From positions 160,001 to 224,000 of the forward strand of contig CAVVLJ010000021.1 of the NCBI GenBank assembly GCA_963749075.1: a stretch of DNA of 64,000 bases. Direction: 5' to 3'. Shown here piece by piece: positions 40,742 to 52,059 of the stretch. A program made the position numbers and the translations under genes. The stretch is from an uncultured Pseudomonadota bacterium (GTDB lineage: Bacteria; Pseudomonadota; Alphaproteobacteria; JACZXZ01). Under the pieces are notes generated by a model. That model made no database searches, was not told the DNA's origin, and saw nothing but the letters and a program-made list of their open reading frames with translations. How positions within the stretch are numbered: the first letter of the stretch is position 1; the number at the start of each line of letters is the position of its first letter.

Positions 40742-41668
40742 ATGTCAACCCTTGCCACGGATCGCGGGCAAGCCCCTGCGGGCGACGCAGCGCTCATCAA
40801 GGACGTGACGGCGGCGAGCTTCATGGCCGACGTGATCGAGGCCTCGCGCAAGGTGCCGGTCATCGTCGACCTGTGGGCGCCGTGGTGCGGCCCCTGCAAA
40901 CAGCTCGGCCCCATGCTCGAGAAGGTGGTGCGCGAGGCCAAGGGCAAGCTGCGCCTCGCCAAGGTCAACATCGACGAGAACCCGCAGATCGCCCAGCAGT
41001 TCCGCGTGCAGTCGATCCCCGCGGTCTTCGCGCTGGCCGGCGGTCGCGTGGTCGACGGCTTCGTAGGCGCTTTGCCCGAGAGCCAGATCAAGGCCTTCGT
41101 CGAGCGTCTCAAGGGCGAAGCCGGCGAGGACGAGGGGGCGGCGCAGATCGCCGAGGCGCTGGCCGAGGCGAAGCGCCTCCTCGAGGAAGGCGACGCTGGC
41201 ACGGCCAGCGCCATTTTCGGCCAGATCCTGCAGGACGAGCCGGAGAACCTCGCGGCCATCGGCGGCCTGGCGCGCTGCTATCTGAAGGGCGGCGAGCCCG
41301 CGCGCGCCAAGGAGCTCCTTGCCAAGGTGCCGGCCGAGCATGCGGGCGACCCCGAGATCGCCGCCGTGCGCTCGGCGCTCGAGCTCGCCGAAGAGGCGCA
41401 GAAGAGCGGCCCCATCGACGAGCTCAAGGCCAAGGCGGAGGCCAACCCGGCGGATAACCAGCTGCGCCTCGATCTCGCCAACGCGCTCTATGGCGCCGGG
41501 CGCAGCGAGGAGGCGGTCGACCAGCTCCTCGAGCTCATCCGGCGCGACCGCAAATGGAACGAGGAGGCGGCGCGCAAGCAGCTCCTCAAGCTCTTCGAGG
41601 CGCTCGGCCCCGGCAATCCGCTGGTGGCGAGCGGCCGGCGGCGGCTCTCCTCGCTCCTCTTCTCATGA
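40742..41668 (+). CDS. cnoX: Thioredoxin-TPR chaperedoxin (CnoX/YbbN)
   Basis: WAPWCGPCK, C-terminal TPRs, GRRRLSSLLFS. Confidence 0.88.
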   Translation: MSTLATDRGQAPAGDAALIKDVTAASFMADVIEASRKVPVIVDLWAPWCGPCKQLGPMLEKVVREAKGKLRLAKVNIDENPQIAQQFRVQSIPAVFALAGGRVVDGFVGALPESQIKAFVERLKGEAGEDEGAAQIAEALAEAKRLLEEGDAGTASAIFGQILQDEPENLAAIGGLARCYLKGGEPARAKELLAKVPAEHAGDPEIAAVRSALELAEEAQKSGPIDELKAKAEANPADNQLRLDLANALYGAGRSEEAVDQLLELIRRDRKWNEEAARKQLLKLFEALGPGNPLVASGRRRLSSLLFS

Positions 41669-41686
41669 CCGTCCCGTGATCTTCGC

Positions 41687-42346
41687 ATGAGCCGCAGCCC
41701 GTTCGACCCGAGCATCGATCAGCTGCCGCGGGTGCTGCCGATCTTCCCGCTGGCCGGCGCCTTGCTGTTGCCGGGCGGCCGGCTGCCCCTCATCATCTTC
41801 GAGCCGCGCTATCTCGCCATGATCCAGGACGCGCTGCGCGCCGACCGCATGATCGGCATGGTGCAGCCCCGCGAGGGCGAGGAGAAGGCGCCGGCGCCCG
41901 CGGTCTACCGCCTCGGCTGCGCCGGACGCATCGTCTCCTTCGACGAGACCGACGACGGGCGCTTTCACATCGCCCTCGCCGGCCTGGCGCGCTTCACCAT
42001 CGCCGAGGAGCTGCCGGGCATCAACGGCTACCGCCGCGTGGTGCCGGATTTCTCGCGCCATTACGACGATTTCAAGCAGGCGCCGGACGGCACCATCGAC
42101 CGCAAGCGCCTCGCCCAGACGGTGCGCGCCTACTTCAAGCTGCAGAGCATCCAGGCCGACTGGAAGGCGATCGAGGCGGCCTCCGACGAGCGCCTCATCA
42201 CCACGCTCGCCATGGCCTGCCCCTTCGAGCCGAGCGAGAAGCAGGCGCTCCTCGAGGCGCGCGACCTCGCCGAGCGCGCGCGCGTGATGACGGCGCTCTT
42301 CGAGATGGCGGTGCTCGGCCGCAAGTCGGGCGAGGCGCGCCACTGA
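41687..42346 (+). CDS. LON peptidase substrate-binding domain protein
   Basis: LPIFPLAGALLLPGGRLPL.IFEPRYL, EKQALLEA. Confidence 0.9.
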   Translation: MSRSPFDPSIDQLPRVLPIFPLAGALLLPGGRLPLIIFEPRYLAMIQDALRADRMIGMVQPREGEEKAPAPAVYRLGCAGRIVSFDETDDGRFHIALAGLARFTIAEELPGINGYRRVVPDFSRHYDDFKQAPDGTIDRKRLAQTVRAYFKLQSIQADWKAIEAASDERLITTLAMACPFEPSEKQALLEARDLAERARVMTALFEMAVLGRKSGEARH

Positions 42347-42374
42347 CTAGAGCTGCAGCAAGGAGGTGCAAGCC

Positions 42375-42587
42375 ATGGCCGAGGCGAAATCCGGGGTCGA
42401 CCCCAAGCTGCTCGAGATCCTGGTCTGCCCGCTTACCAAGGCGGCGCTGCGCTACGACCGCGAGGCGAACGAGCTGGTCAGCGAGGCGGCGGGGCTCGCC
42501 TATCCCATCCGCGACGGCATCCCCATCATGCTGGTCGAGGAGGCGCGGCGGCTCGACGAGGCGAAGAGCTCGGCAGCGCAGGAGTGA
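42375..42587 (+). CDS. Trm112/YcaR-family protein
   Basis: [31 protein letters not shown]; AGGAGG RBS. Confidence 0.92.
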   Translation: MAEAKSGVDPKLLEILVCPLTKAALRYDREANELVSEAAGLAYPIRDGIPIMLVEEARRLDEAKSSAAQE

Positions 42588-42593
42588 ACGAGC

Positions 42594-42998
42594 GTGACCG
42601 GCGGGCGCAAAGCCGAACTCGGCACCCAGCACTGGCCCCTCGAGATCCGCCTCAAGCAGGCGGAGAAGCTCCTCGAGATCGATTTCGACGACGGCGCCGC
42701 CTACCGCTACCCGGCCGAATACCTGCGCGTCGAGAGCCCGTTGGCCGAGGTGCAGGGCCATGGTCCCTCCCAGAAGCAGCTCGTGGCCGGGCGCCGCCAC
42801 GTCGGCATCCTCTCCCTCGAGCCGGTCGGCAACTATGCGATCCGCATTACCTTCGACGACCTCCACGACACCGGCATCTTCACCTGGGCCTATCTCTACG
42901 AGCTCGGCGCCGAGCAGGACGAGAGGTGGCGGCGCTACATAGCCGCGCTCGCGGCGAGCGGCCTGTCGCGCGATCCGCCGCGGCGCGCCGGCGCCTGA
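42594..42998 (+). CDS. DUF971 (gamma-butyrobetaine hydroxylase N-terminal-like) protein
   Basis: AEYLRVESP.AEVQGHG, PVGNYAIRI.FDDLHDTGIF. Confidence 0.88.
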   Translation: MTGGRKAELGTQHWPLEIRLKQAEKLLEIDFDDGAAYRYPAEYLRVESPLAEVQGHGPSQKQLVAGRRHVGILSLEPVGNYAIRITFDDLHDTGIFTWAYLYELGAEQDERWRRYIAALAASGLSRDPPRRAGA

Positions 42999-43012
42999 GC
43001 CGCGCGCAAGCG

Positions 43013-43792
43013 ATGTCCGGGCTGCCCTATCTCGAGGCCTTCGCATTGCGCGGGCGGGTGGCGCTCGTCACCGGCAGCGCGCGCGGCCTGGGCTTCGAGA
43101 TCGCCAAGGCGATGGCAGGCTCAGGCGCCCACGTGGTGCTCAACGGCCGCGACGGCGCCCGCCTCGAGCCTGCGGCGGAGGCCGTGCGCAGAGCCGGCGG
43201 CGAGGCCTCGACCGCGGCCTTCGACGTGAGCGACGGTGCTGCGCTCAAGGCAGCGCTCGCCGGCATCGCCGAGCGGCACGGCCGCCTCGACATCGTGGTC
43301 AACAACGTCGGTGCACGCAACCGCAAGCCGCTCGCGGAGCTCGGCGACGAGGACATCCGCCGCCTCCTCGATGTCGATCTCTTCGCCGGGCTCGTGCTGG
43401 CGCGCGAGGCGGGGCACTACATGCTGGCGCAGAAGAGCGGCCGGCTCATCGCCGTCACCTCGATCGCCGGCCAGGTCGCGGGCTCGAAAGACGCCGCCTA
43501 CACCGCGGCCAAGCAGGGCCTGACCGGGCTGGTGCGGGCGCTCGCGGTCGAGTACGGGCCCCACGGCATCACCAGCAACGCCATCGCACCGGGCTTCTTC
43601 GCGACCGAGACCAACGCCGCACTCGTCGCCGATCCGGCCACGGCCGAGCACGTCGACCGCCGCATCCCGCTCAAGCGCTGGGGGCGGCCCGAGGAGATCG
43701 CGGGTGCGGCCGTCTTCCTCGCCTCGCCGGCCGCCTCCTTCGTCAACGGCCACGTGCTGGTCGTCGACGGCGGCATGACGATCGCGATGTGA
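43013..43792 (+). CDS. SDR oxidoreductase (gluconate 5-dehydrogenase-like)
   Basis: TGSARGLG, NNVG, YTAAK, NAIAPG, VDGG. Confidence 0.9.
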   Translation: MSGLPYLEAFALRGRVALVTGSARGLGFEIAKAMAGSGAHVVLNGRDGARLEPAAEAVRRAGGEASTAAFDVSDGAALKAALAGIAERHGRLDIVVNNVGARNRKPLAELGDEDIRRLLDVDLFAGLVLAREAGHYMLAQKSGRLIAVTSIAGQVAGSKDAAYTAAKQGLTGLVRALAVEYGPHGITSNAIAPGFFATETNAALVADPATAEHVDRRIPLKRWGRPEEIAGAAVFLASPAASFVNGHVLVVDGGMTIAM

Positions 43793-43795
43793 GCG

Positions 43796-45046
43796 TTAAA
43801 GCGGCTCGCCCTTGATGAGGCGCGGGAGCTCGCCCACGACGCCCATGGCGTGGCGCATGAAGAGGCGCTTGAGCGGCGGCAGCTCGTTGACCAGGCCGAG
43901 CCCGAGATCGCGCGCCAGGCGCAAGAGCGGCACGTTGTTGGAGAACAGGCGGTTGAGCGCATCGGTCGCCGCCATCAGCGCCATCGTGTCGAAGCGGCGC
44001 CAGCGCTGGTAGCGCTGGAGGAGCTCGCCGCCGCCCAAGTCGAGGCCGAGGCGCCGGGCGTCGACGAGTATCTCGGCGAGTGCTGCCACGTCGCGCAGGC
44101 CGAGATTGAGGCCTTGCCCTGCGATGGGATGGATGGCGTGCGCCGCGTCGCCGACGAGCGCCAGGCGCTCGTCCACGTAGCGCGCCGCATGGAGGAGTGC
44201 CAGGGGATACGAGAAACGCGGCCCCGCGAGCGTGAGGCGGCCCAGGTAGGGGCCGAAGCGGCGCTCGAGCTCGGCGGTGAAATCCGCCTCGTCGAGGGCG
44301 AGGAGTACGGGTGCCAGCTCTCCGTGCTCCGTCCACACGATCGAGGAGCGCTTTCCCGTCATCGGCAGGAAGGCGAGCGGACCCGCCGGAAGGAAGCGCT
44401 CATGGGCGATGCCGCGGTGCGGGCGCTCATGGGCGACCGTCGCCACGATGCCGGTCTGCGGGTAGCTCCAGGCGGTGACGGGGATGCCGGCCTCCTCGCG
44501 CAAGGGCGAGTTGCGCCCATCGGCGGCGACGGCGAGCATGGCCTCGATGCGTCGTCCGTCGCCGAGCTCCGCTTCGACGCGGGCGCCGTGCCGCTCGAGC
44601 CGGGCAAGCTCGACGGGTGCTAGGAGCCTTGCGGAGGAGAGTTCCGCAAGCCGCGCGAAGAGGCATCTGCGGATGTCGCGGTTCTCGACGATGTAGCCGA
44701 GCGGATGGTCGGCCACCTCGGCGTGGCAGTACTCGAGGAAGAGAAGCGACGGCCCGTCGGAGACGCGGATGTCGAGGATGGGCTCGGCCGCAGACGCCAT
44801 CGACGGCCACAGGCCGATGGCGGCGAGCGCCTGGGCCGAGCCCCAGGCGATCGCCGAGGCGCGGCCGTCGAAGGCGCTCTCCTCCTGTCGCGCCGGGGCG
44901 GTGCTGTCGAGGATGATCACCTCGATGCCGGCCCCGGCAAGGGCCGCCGCCAGCGTCATGCCGACCATGCCGCCGCCCACGACGAGCACCTCGGTCGAGA
45001 GTGCGCTCTCCGTACCCGCCGGCCGGTCGTCGTCGTGGCTTGCCAT
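43796..45046 (-). CDS. Ubiquinone biosynthesis FAD hydroxylase (UbiH/UbiL family)
   Basis: VGGGMVG, DGRASA, AADGRNS, LVGDAAHAIHPIAGQGLNLG.RD. Confidence 0.93.
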   Translation of the reverse strand: MASHDDDRPAGTESALSTEVLVVGGGMVGMTLAAALAGAGIEVIILDSTAPARQEESAFDGRASAIAWGSAQALAAIGLWPSMASAAEPILDIRVSDGPSLLFLEYCHAEVADHPLGYIVENRDIRRCLFARLAELSSARLLAPVELARLERHGARVEAELGDGRRIEAMLAVAADGRNSPLREEAGIPVTAWSYPQTGIVATVAHERPHRGIAHERFLPAGPLAFLPMTGKRSSIVWTEHGELAPVLLALDEADFTAELERRFGPYLGRLTLAGPRFSYPLALLHAARYVDERLALVGDAAHAIHPIAGQGLNLGLRDVAALAEILVDARRLGLDLGGGELLQRYQRWRRFDTMALMAATDALNRLFSNNVPLLRLARDLGLGLVNELPPLKRLFMRHAMGVVGELPRLIKGEPL

Positions 45047-45187
45047 GACCGCACCATCGCCGACGCCGGGCGGCCTGTCCAGGGGCTGGCGTGGAAGCTG
45101 CCGAGCGCGGAAGCCGGTGCACCTGATGGCCGGGCGGGCAACGCCGCCCTTGTGGCTGCCGCGGCGCGAGCCGCGGCGCGCGGACGC

Positions 45188-45400
45188 TCAGGCCTGGTCT
45201 GCGGCCCGGCGCTGCCGGTGGTTATGAGTACAGGCGAAGTAGAGCGCCCCGGTCACCACCGCCCAGGCGGCAATGACGATATATGCCGAGAGGATGCCGC
45301 TGATCATGGTGATGATCGAAAGGGCGAGGGCGTAGAAGTACAGCAAGGCGATGCCGAACGTGCTGGCTCCGACGAAAAGCTCCCTCAATCCCAATGTCAT
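45188..45400 (-). CDS. Small two-TM membrane protein, LYFY family copy 2 (70 aa)
   Basis: AAAGGA RBS; gap-free alignment to copies 1 and 3. Confidence 0.8.
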   Translation of the reverse strand: MTLGLRELFVGASTFGIALLYFYALALSIITMISGILSAYIVIAAWAVVTGALYFACTHNHRQRRAADQA

Positions 45401-45479
45401 GATCGATTCCTTTCGCTGCTATCTGCTCCGGCTCGCGGAGGGCGGTCCCACTATATTTAGCATAGCGACCAGCCGTTAA

Positions 45480-46106
<627 letters not shown>

Positions 46107-46253
46107 CAAGCACCTTGACCGTTGGGAGTGACTCATATGGCCACAAGAACAAGAGATGGATGGGCGCCCGGCGCCGCAAGCATGACGTCGCCCGCGCTCG
46201 AGCTCTGCCGTAGCGCCCGCGCCGGCATCGGTGCTGCGCGCTGGAGCGACGCG

Positions 46254-47669
46254 ATGCGCCGCACGGCCGCTCTCGCGCTCTTCCTGCTGCTGGCGGCGCT
46301 TGCCGTGGCGGCGTTCGGCGGCGCGGCCTTTGCCCAGCAGGCACCCGCGGCACCGGCCGCGGCCGCCCCGGCCGCCGCCGCGGCGCCGGCGGCGACGCCC
46401 GCACCGCCCAAGATCGATTCCGGCGACACCGCCTGGATGCTCGCCTCGGTAGCGCTCGTCCTCATGATGACCATCCCCGGCCTTGCCCTCTTCTACGGCG
46501 GCATGGTGCGCAAGATGAACGTGCTCTCCACCGTGATGCAGAGCTTCGCCATCACCTGCCTCGTCACCGTGCTGTGGACCATCCTCAACTACTCCACCGC
46601 CTTCACCGCCGGCACCCCCTTCATCGGCGGCCTCTCGCGCTTCCTCCTCCAGGGCGTGGTGAGCGACATCGCCGCCGACACCAAGCTGGTGCCCTCGGTC
46701 AACTCGCTCGCACCCACCATCCCCGAGATGGTCTACATGTGCTTCCAGATGACCTTCGCCATCATCACGCCGGCCCTCATCGCCGGCGCCTTCGCCGAGC
46801 GCATGAAGTTCTCCGCCATGCTGTGGTTCATTGGCCTCTGGGCCACCCTCGTCTATGCCCCCATCGCCCACTGGGTGTGGGGGCCCGACGGCTTCCTCTC
46901 GAGCGGCAACGACAAGGCCGCCGTCAAGGTGCTCGACTTCGCGGGCGGCACCGTGGTGCACATCAACTCCGGCGTCGCCGGCCTCATGTGCGCCCTCATG
47001 CTGGGCAAGCGCAAGGGCCTCGGCACTGAGCACATGGCGCCCCACAACCTGGTGCTCACCCTGATCGGCGCCTCCCTCCTCTGGGTCGGCTGGTTCGGCT
47101 TCAACGCCGGCTCCGCCGTCTCCGCAGGCCTCCAGGCCGGCATGGCCATGGCCGTCACCCAGATCGCCACCGCCACCGCCGCCCTCTCCTGGATGTTCGT
47201 CGAGTGGGCCTGCAAAGGGAAGCCGAGCGTGCTCGGCATCTGCTCCGGCGCCGTCGCCGGCCTCGTCGCCATCACCCCCGCCTCCGGCTTCGTCGGCCCC
47301 ATCGGCGCCCTCGTCATCGGCATCGTCGCCGGTGCGGTGTGCTACTGGGGTGCGGTGTGGCTCAAGGGCAAGATCGGCTACGACGACGCCCTCGACGCCT
47401 TCGGCGTCCATGCCGTGGGCGGCATCGCCGGCGCCCTCTTGACCGGCGTCTTCGCCATCCAGCAATACGGCGGCACCGCCGGCCTCATCGAGGGCAACCC
47501 AGGCCAGGTCCTGAACCAGCTCGAGGGCATCGTCATCGTCATCGTCTACGACGCCATCGTGAGCCTCATCCTCCTCAAGATCATCGACGCCACCATCGGA
47601 CTGCGCGTCAGCGAGGAGATCGAGCGCGACGGCCTCGATCTCGCCCTCCATGGCGAGGTCGTGCAGTAG
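46254..47669 (+). CDS. amtB: Ammonium transporter AmtB
   Basis: GDTAWML, FQMTFAIIT, DFAGGTVVHI, WFGFNAGS, DDALDAFGVH; start uncertain (46137 possible). Confidence 0.96.
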   Translation: MRRTAALALFLLLAALAVAAFGGAAFAQQAPAAPAAAAPAAAAAPAATPAPPKIDSGDTAWMLASVALVLMMTIPGLALFYGGMVRKMNVLSTVMQSFAITCLVTVLWTILNYSTAFTAGTPFIGGLSRFLLQGVVSDIAADTKLVPSVNSLAPTIPEMVYMCFQMTFAIITPALIAGAFAERMKFSAMLWFIGLWATLVYAPIAHWVWGPDGFLSSGNDKAAVKVLDFAGGTVVHINSGVAGLMCALMLGKRKGLGTEHMAPHNLVLTLIGASLLWVGWFGFNAGSAVSAGLQAGMAMAVTQIATATAALSWMFVEWACKGKPSVLGICSGAVAGLVAITPASGFVGPIGALVIGIVAGAVCYWGAVWLKGKIGYDDALDAFGVHAVGGIAGALLTGVFAIQQYGGTAGLIEGNPGQVLNQLEGIVIVIVYDAIVSLILLKIIDATIGLRVSEEIERDGLDLALHGEVVQ

Positions 47670-47693
47670 ACGCCGAGCGGCACGCCACGCGCC

Positions 47694-47722
47694 AACGGCC
47701 CGGCCGCCATGGCCGGGCCGTT
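47694..47722 (+). terminator. Hairpin terminator after amtB
   Basis: AACGGCCCGGCC-GCCAT-GGCCGGGCCGTT followed by a short T-rich tail. Confidence 0.6.
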
Positions 47723-47879
47723 TCGCTTGCCCGCCTGGCGAGCGCCTGCTCGTGCGGCCCGCGGCCGGCCGCCCTTCCGCAACGCCGGTGAAACCGCAAC
47801 GATGCCCGGGGATCAATGCCTGGGGATCAGCCGGCGCAGCCGCAGCTTCGCCGCGAGCGCCGGCCCAGCGACCGGAGGC

Positions 47880-48089
47880 TCAGGGAATTCCCGAAGTCCG
47901 CAGCTTCTGATCGAGGCGCTTCTCGTAATAGAGCACCCCGAAGAGGAGGAGCCAGGCGCCCACCACGATGTACCACGGCAGGCCGCCGTTGAGCACGACA
48001 ATGATCGACAAGCTCAAGGCGTAGAAATAAAGGAGGCAGATTGCGAATACGCCGACGCCGACAAAGAGACCCGCGACCACGTTTTTCAT
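47880..48089 (-). CDS. Small two-TM membrane protein, LYFY family copy 3 (69 aa)
   Basis: TTGCAA-18-TATAGT promoter ending 8 nt before ATG; gap-free alignment to copies 1 and 2. Confidence 0.8.
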   Translation of the reverse strand: MKNVVAGLFVGVGVFAICLLYFYALSLSIIVVLNGGLPWYIVVGAWLLLFGVLYYEKRLDQKLRTSGIP

Positions 48090-48718
48090 GGCAACAAACT
48101 ATACCAGCATTCGTCCGGCATTTGCAAAGGCCGGCAGCAAAAAGAAGCGGAGCGAACGCCCGAGCGAGACTTCGGCAGGCCAACGCCGTGCCGCAGTCTT
48201 ATCGCTCCCGCCGTGGCAAGGGCCTTCGGCCCCGGATCGAATATGGCCGGGAGTTTCCCTGGCATGCCCGATCGGGAACGCTCCGCGCGCGCTTAGGATC
48301 GTTAGTTCGGCATCTAAGCACCTGGCTGGAGGGGCCGTGCCGTCCGCGGCAGCGCGCCGTTCCGCGCGCGGGTCAACCCTTTCGCCTTTTTCGCGAATAA
48401 TATAAGATGGTAACGGCAGCGAACTCACTATCAACGCGAGGTCATATGGGTAATCCATTGTTGTAATGTCATTTATATGGCCAGATGAAGCGGGCGTGCC
48501 GGCGGCCGATTGTCTCGTCGTCTCCGAGTCGCGCATCGGCGAACAAATGCAAAACGGAAAAAGCGAACCCCTTTCATTTGTATTATTCTCGCCTGGGCAC
48601 CCCGAGATGCAGTGTTACTTAAGCATGAGGAAGCTTGTGTCTCCGGCCCGTCGCGGTTACACTCGTTTACCTTTTGTACCTTGGGCAGGCGCTCCCTCTC
48701 GGGCGAGGAGTTGAGCGG

Positions 48719-51142
48719 ATGGCGCGCGCCGCGGCGCATCGATCGAACCGGCTCGCTCTGCTGCCGCCCGAGGCGGCGCAGTTCCTGCGCCGCCGGCTCG
48801 CCGAGCTCGGTGGAGCGGTGCTCCTTCTCTGCGGCCTCGCGGTGCTCCTGGCGCTCGCGAGCTACGAGCCCTCCGATCCGTCGTTCAACCATGCGACCAG
48901 CAGTGCCGCGCGCAATCTCGCGGGTGCGGCCGGCGCCTACGGGGCCGATCTCCTGCTGCAGCCCTTCGGCCTGGCGGCGACCCTCATCGGCGTGGTCGCA
49001 GCACTCTGGGGCTGGCGCCTTGCCGCGCACAAGGGCCTCCCCCACCCGCTCCTCCGCGTCATCGCCTTAGCCCCTCTCCTCCTCTTCGCGGCCATCGCCG
49101 CGGCGGCGCTGCCGCCGCCCGCGGGCTGGCCCGTGAGGACCGGCGTCGGCGGCTTCGTCGGGCTCATCGGCCACGGCCGCTTCGCCAGCGCCGCCGAGAC
49201 GAGCGGCCTCGACCTCGGCGGCGGGCTTCTCGGCCTCGCCGCGGCAATCCCGGCGGGCGCCCTCTTCCTCTACATCCTCGGCTTCAGCTGGGCCGAATGG
49301 AAGGCGCTGGCCCGCTGGCTCGCCTGGCTCGCGGTCGGGGCGCCGCCGGCGCTCTTGCGTGCCCTCGTGCTGGCCTTCTTGCGCGCGAGGCAGCTGTGCT
49401 CGGCTCTCCTCGGCAGCGGCAGGAGGCGGCTCGTCGAGCGCGCGGCCGAGCCGCGTCTCGGCTCGCCCGTCCAGCGCGGGCGCCGCGAGGGCGGCGAGGC
49501 CGCAGCCGGGGCTGCGGGCCGCGCCGGCCGCGAGGGTGCCGCGCCGGCCATCGAGCCGCGCGCCGCCAATCCGGCCGGGCGCAAGCGGAACGCGCATTCC
49601 AGGCAAGCCAGCCTGGAGCTCGACACCGAGGAGAATTACGAGCTGCCGCCGCTCGACCTTCTGACGCTGCCGCCCGCCGCCCGCCACGAGGAGCGCCTGG
49701 ACGAGGAGGCGCTCTCGGCCAATGCGCGCCTCCTCGAGTCGGTGCTCGAGGACTTCGGCGTCAAGGGCAAGATCGTCAAGGTGCGCCCGGGACCTGTGGT
49801 GGCGCTCTACGAGCTCGAGCCCGCACCCGGCACCAAGTCCTCGCGCGTCATCAGCCTGGCCGACGACATCGCGCGCTCGATGAGCGCCATCTCGGTGCGC
49901 GTGGCCGTGGTGCCGGGGCGCAACGTGCTCGGCATCGAGCTGCCCAACGCGCGGCGCGAGACGGTCTACTTGCGCGAGCTCCTCGCCTCCGAGGCCTATG
50001 AGCGCACGGCGGCCAAGCTCACCCTCGTGCTGGGCAAGGACATCGGCGGGGCACCTGTGATCGTCGATCTCGCGCGCATGCCGCATCTCTTGATCGCCGG
50101 CACCACGGGCTCGGGCAAGTCGGTGGCGATCAACACCATGATCCTCTCGCTGCTCTACCGCCTGCCGCCGAGCCAGTGCAAGTTCGTCATGATCGATCCG
50201 AAGATGCTGGAGCTCTCGGTCTATGACGGCATCCCGCATCTCCTGGCGCCGGTGGTGACCGAGCCCAAGAAGGCGGTCGTGGCCCTCAAGTGGACGGTGC
50301 GCGAGATGGAGAACCGCTACCGCGCCATGTCGACGCTCGGCGTGCGCAACATCGCCGGCTACAACCTGCGTCTCCAGGAGGCGGCGCGCAAGGGCGAGAT
50401 GCTGAAGCGCCGCGTGCAGACCGGCTTCGACGCGGAGACGGGCAAGCCCCTCTTCGAGGAGCAGCCCCTCGAGATGGCGCCGCTCCCTTATATCGTCGTG
50501 GTCGTGGACGAGTTCGCCGACCTCATGCTCGTCGCCGGCAAGGACATCGAGGCGGCGGTCCAGCGCCTCTCCCAGATGGCGCGCGCCGCCGGCATCCATC
50601 TCCTCATGGCGACCCAGCGCCCCTCGGTCAACGTCATCACCGGCACCATCAAGGCGAACTTCCCCACGCGCGTGAGCTTCCAGGTCACCTCGCGCATCGA
50701 CAGCCGCACCATCCTCGGCGAGTCCGGCGCCGAGCAGCTCCTCGGCCAGGGCGACATGCTCCACATGGCGGGCGGCGGGCGCATCTCGCGCGTGCACGGG
50801 CCCTTCGTGCGCGACGACGAGGTCGAGGCCGTGGTGAGCTTCCTCAAGGCGCAGGGCGATCCCGCCTACGTCGAGGAGGTGACCGAGGAGGACGAGGACG
50901 CCATGCTGCCGGAGTTCGAGGGCGGCGGCGGCTCGGGCGACGAGCTCTACGACCGCGCGGTGGCCATCGTCTGCCGCGAGCGCAAGGCCTCGACCAGCTT
51001 CGTGCAGCGCTACCTGCAGATCGGCTACAACCGCGCCGCCCGCATCATCGAGCGCATGGAGGCGGAGGGCGTGGTGACCGCGGCCAACCACGTGGGCAAA
51101 CGCGAGGTGCTGGGCCGCAGCATCGAGGACGACGAGCCATGA
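48719..51142 (+). CDS. ftsK: DNA translocase FtsK
   Basis: N-terminal TMs, [51 protein letters not shown]. Confidence 0.97.
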   Translation: MARAAAHRSNRLALLPPEAAQFLRRRLAELGGAVLLLCGLAVLLALASYEPSDPSFNHATSSAARNLAGAAGAYGADLLLQPFGLAATLIGVVAALWGWRLAAHKGLPHPLLRVIALAPLLLFAAIAAAALPPPAGWPVRTGVGGFVGLIGHGRFASAAETSGLDLGGGLLGLAAAIPAGALFLYILGFSWAEWKALARWLAWLAVGAPPALLRALVLAFLRARQLCSALLGSGRRRLVERAAEPRLGSPVQRGRREGGEAAAGAAGRAGREGAAPAIEPRAANPAGRKRNAHSRQASLELDTEENYELPPLDLLTLPPAARHEERLDEEALSANARLLESVLEDFGVKGKIVKVRPGPVVALYELEPAPGTKSSRVISLADDIARSMSAISVRVAVVPGRNVLGIELPNARRETVYLRELLASEAYERTAAKLTLVLGKDIGGAPVIVDLARMPHLLIAGTTGSGKSVAINTMILSLLYRLPPSQCKFVMIDPKMLELSVYDGIPHLLAPVVTEPKKAVVALKWTVREMENRYRAMSTLGVRNIAGYNLRLQEAARKGEMLKRRVQTGFDAETGKPLFEEQPLEMAPLPYIVVVVDEFADLMLVAGKDIEAAVQRLSQMARAAGIHLLMATQRPSVNVITGTIKANFPTRVSFQVTSRIDSRTILGESGAEQLLGQGDMLHMAGGGRISRVHGPFVRDDEVEAVVSFLKAQGDPAYVEEVTEEDEDAMLPEFEGGGGSGDELYDRAVAIVCRERKASTSFVQRYLQIGYNRAARIIERMEAEGVVTAANHVGKREVLGRSIEDDEP

Positions 51143-51263
51143 CGCCTGGGCAGACGACGGTTGCGCTCGCCCGCTCGCCGAACAATATATGGGCCATGTG
51201 CGGGAAGGCCCGCTCCGCGCCGGTGCGGGGCTTCCCGGGGCTTCGCAAGTGGGAGTCGAGCGA

Positions 51264-51911
51264 ATGAGGATACTTGAGGCCGCCGCTTTCAGCGCAATCC
51301 TGGCGCTCCTCCCCTTTGCCGCCGCCGCCGCCGCACCTCCCCCCGCCACTCTGAGTGCGGCCGACCAGGCCAACGTGGCGCGCGTCGAGGCCTATCTCGA
51401 TTCCATCCGCACCGTGCACGGCCACTTCCTGCAGACCACCGACGGCGACGTCGTGGGCGAGGGCAATTTCTACCTCGAGCGGCCCGGCAAGATGCGCATC
51501 CAGTACGACACGCCGAACAAGTTCTTCATGGTGGCGAGCGGCTCGACGCTGTCGATCTGGGACCCGCGGCTCAAGAAGGCGAGCTACGTGCCGGTCGACG
51601 CGACGCCGGCCTATTTTCTCATGCAGGAGAAGATCGGCCTCGGCAACGCCGTGATCGCCAGCAAGCTCGAGCGCGGCGACGCCTCGCTCCGCGTCACGGT
51701 CTACGAGAAGGACAAAGCCGACGAGGGCCGCATCGTGCTGATCTTCAGCGACCGGCCGCTCGAGCTCAAGAAGTGGAAGATGATCGACCACGACGGCAAC
51801 GAGACCGACATCGCGCTCGTCAATGCCGAGTTCAATACCAAGCTCGACCCCAACCTCTTCAAGTTCGTCGATCCCTCGCCGGGCGGCGGCAACGAGCGCT
51901 CGTCCAACTGA
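51264..51911 (+). CDS. lolA: Outer-membrane lipoprotein carrier LolA (copy 1)
   Basis: Signal peptide; F.Q..GNFYLERPGKMRIQYD; TPAYFL; directly after ftsK. Confidence 0.85.
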   Translation: MRILEAAAFSAILALLPFAAAAAAPPPATLSAADQANVARVEAYLDSIRTVHGHFLQTTDGDVVGEGNFYLERPGKMRIQYDTPNKFFMVASGSTLSIWDPRLKKASYVPVDATPAYFLMQEKIGLGNAVIASKLERGDASLRVTVYEKDKADEGRIVLIFSDRPLELKKWKMIDHDGNETDIALVNAEFNTKLDPNLFKFVDPSPGGGNERSSN

Positions 51912-52059
51912 GCTCGCGCAACGCCGGCCGAGAGGGCGTTTCCCCAGGGAAGTCCCAACTGAAGCATTGAGGCGGTGCGGTCGAGCGACCATATTCCCGC
52001 TATGACCGGCTGTCGCGGCTTGGCCGCGCGGCGGCGGGATCAAGGACAGGAGCGACGGC

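Noticed and set aside
46340-46410. GCC-rich repeat at the AmtB N-terminus
   Set aside because: Ordinary Ala/Pro linker after the signal peptide
48466-48714. 82-aa ORF upstream of ftsK
   Set aside because: Atypical codon usage, no clear RBS or recognisable motif
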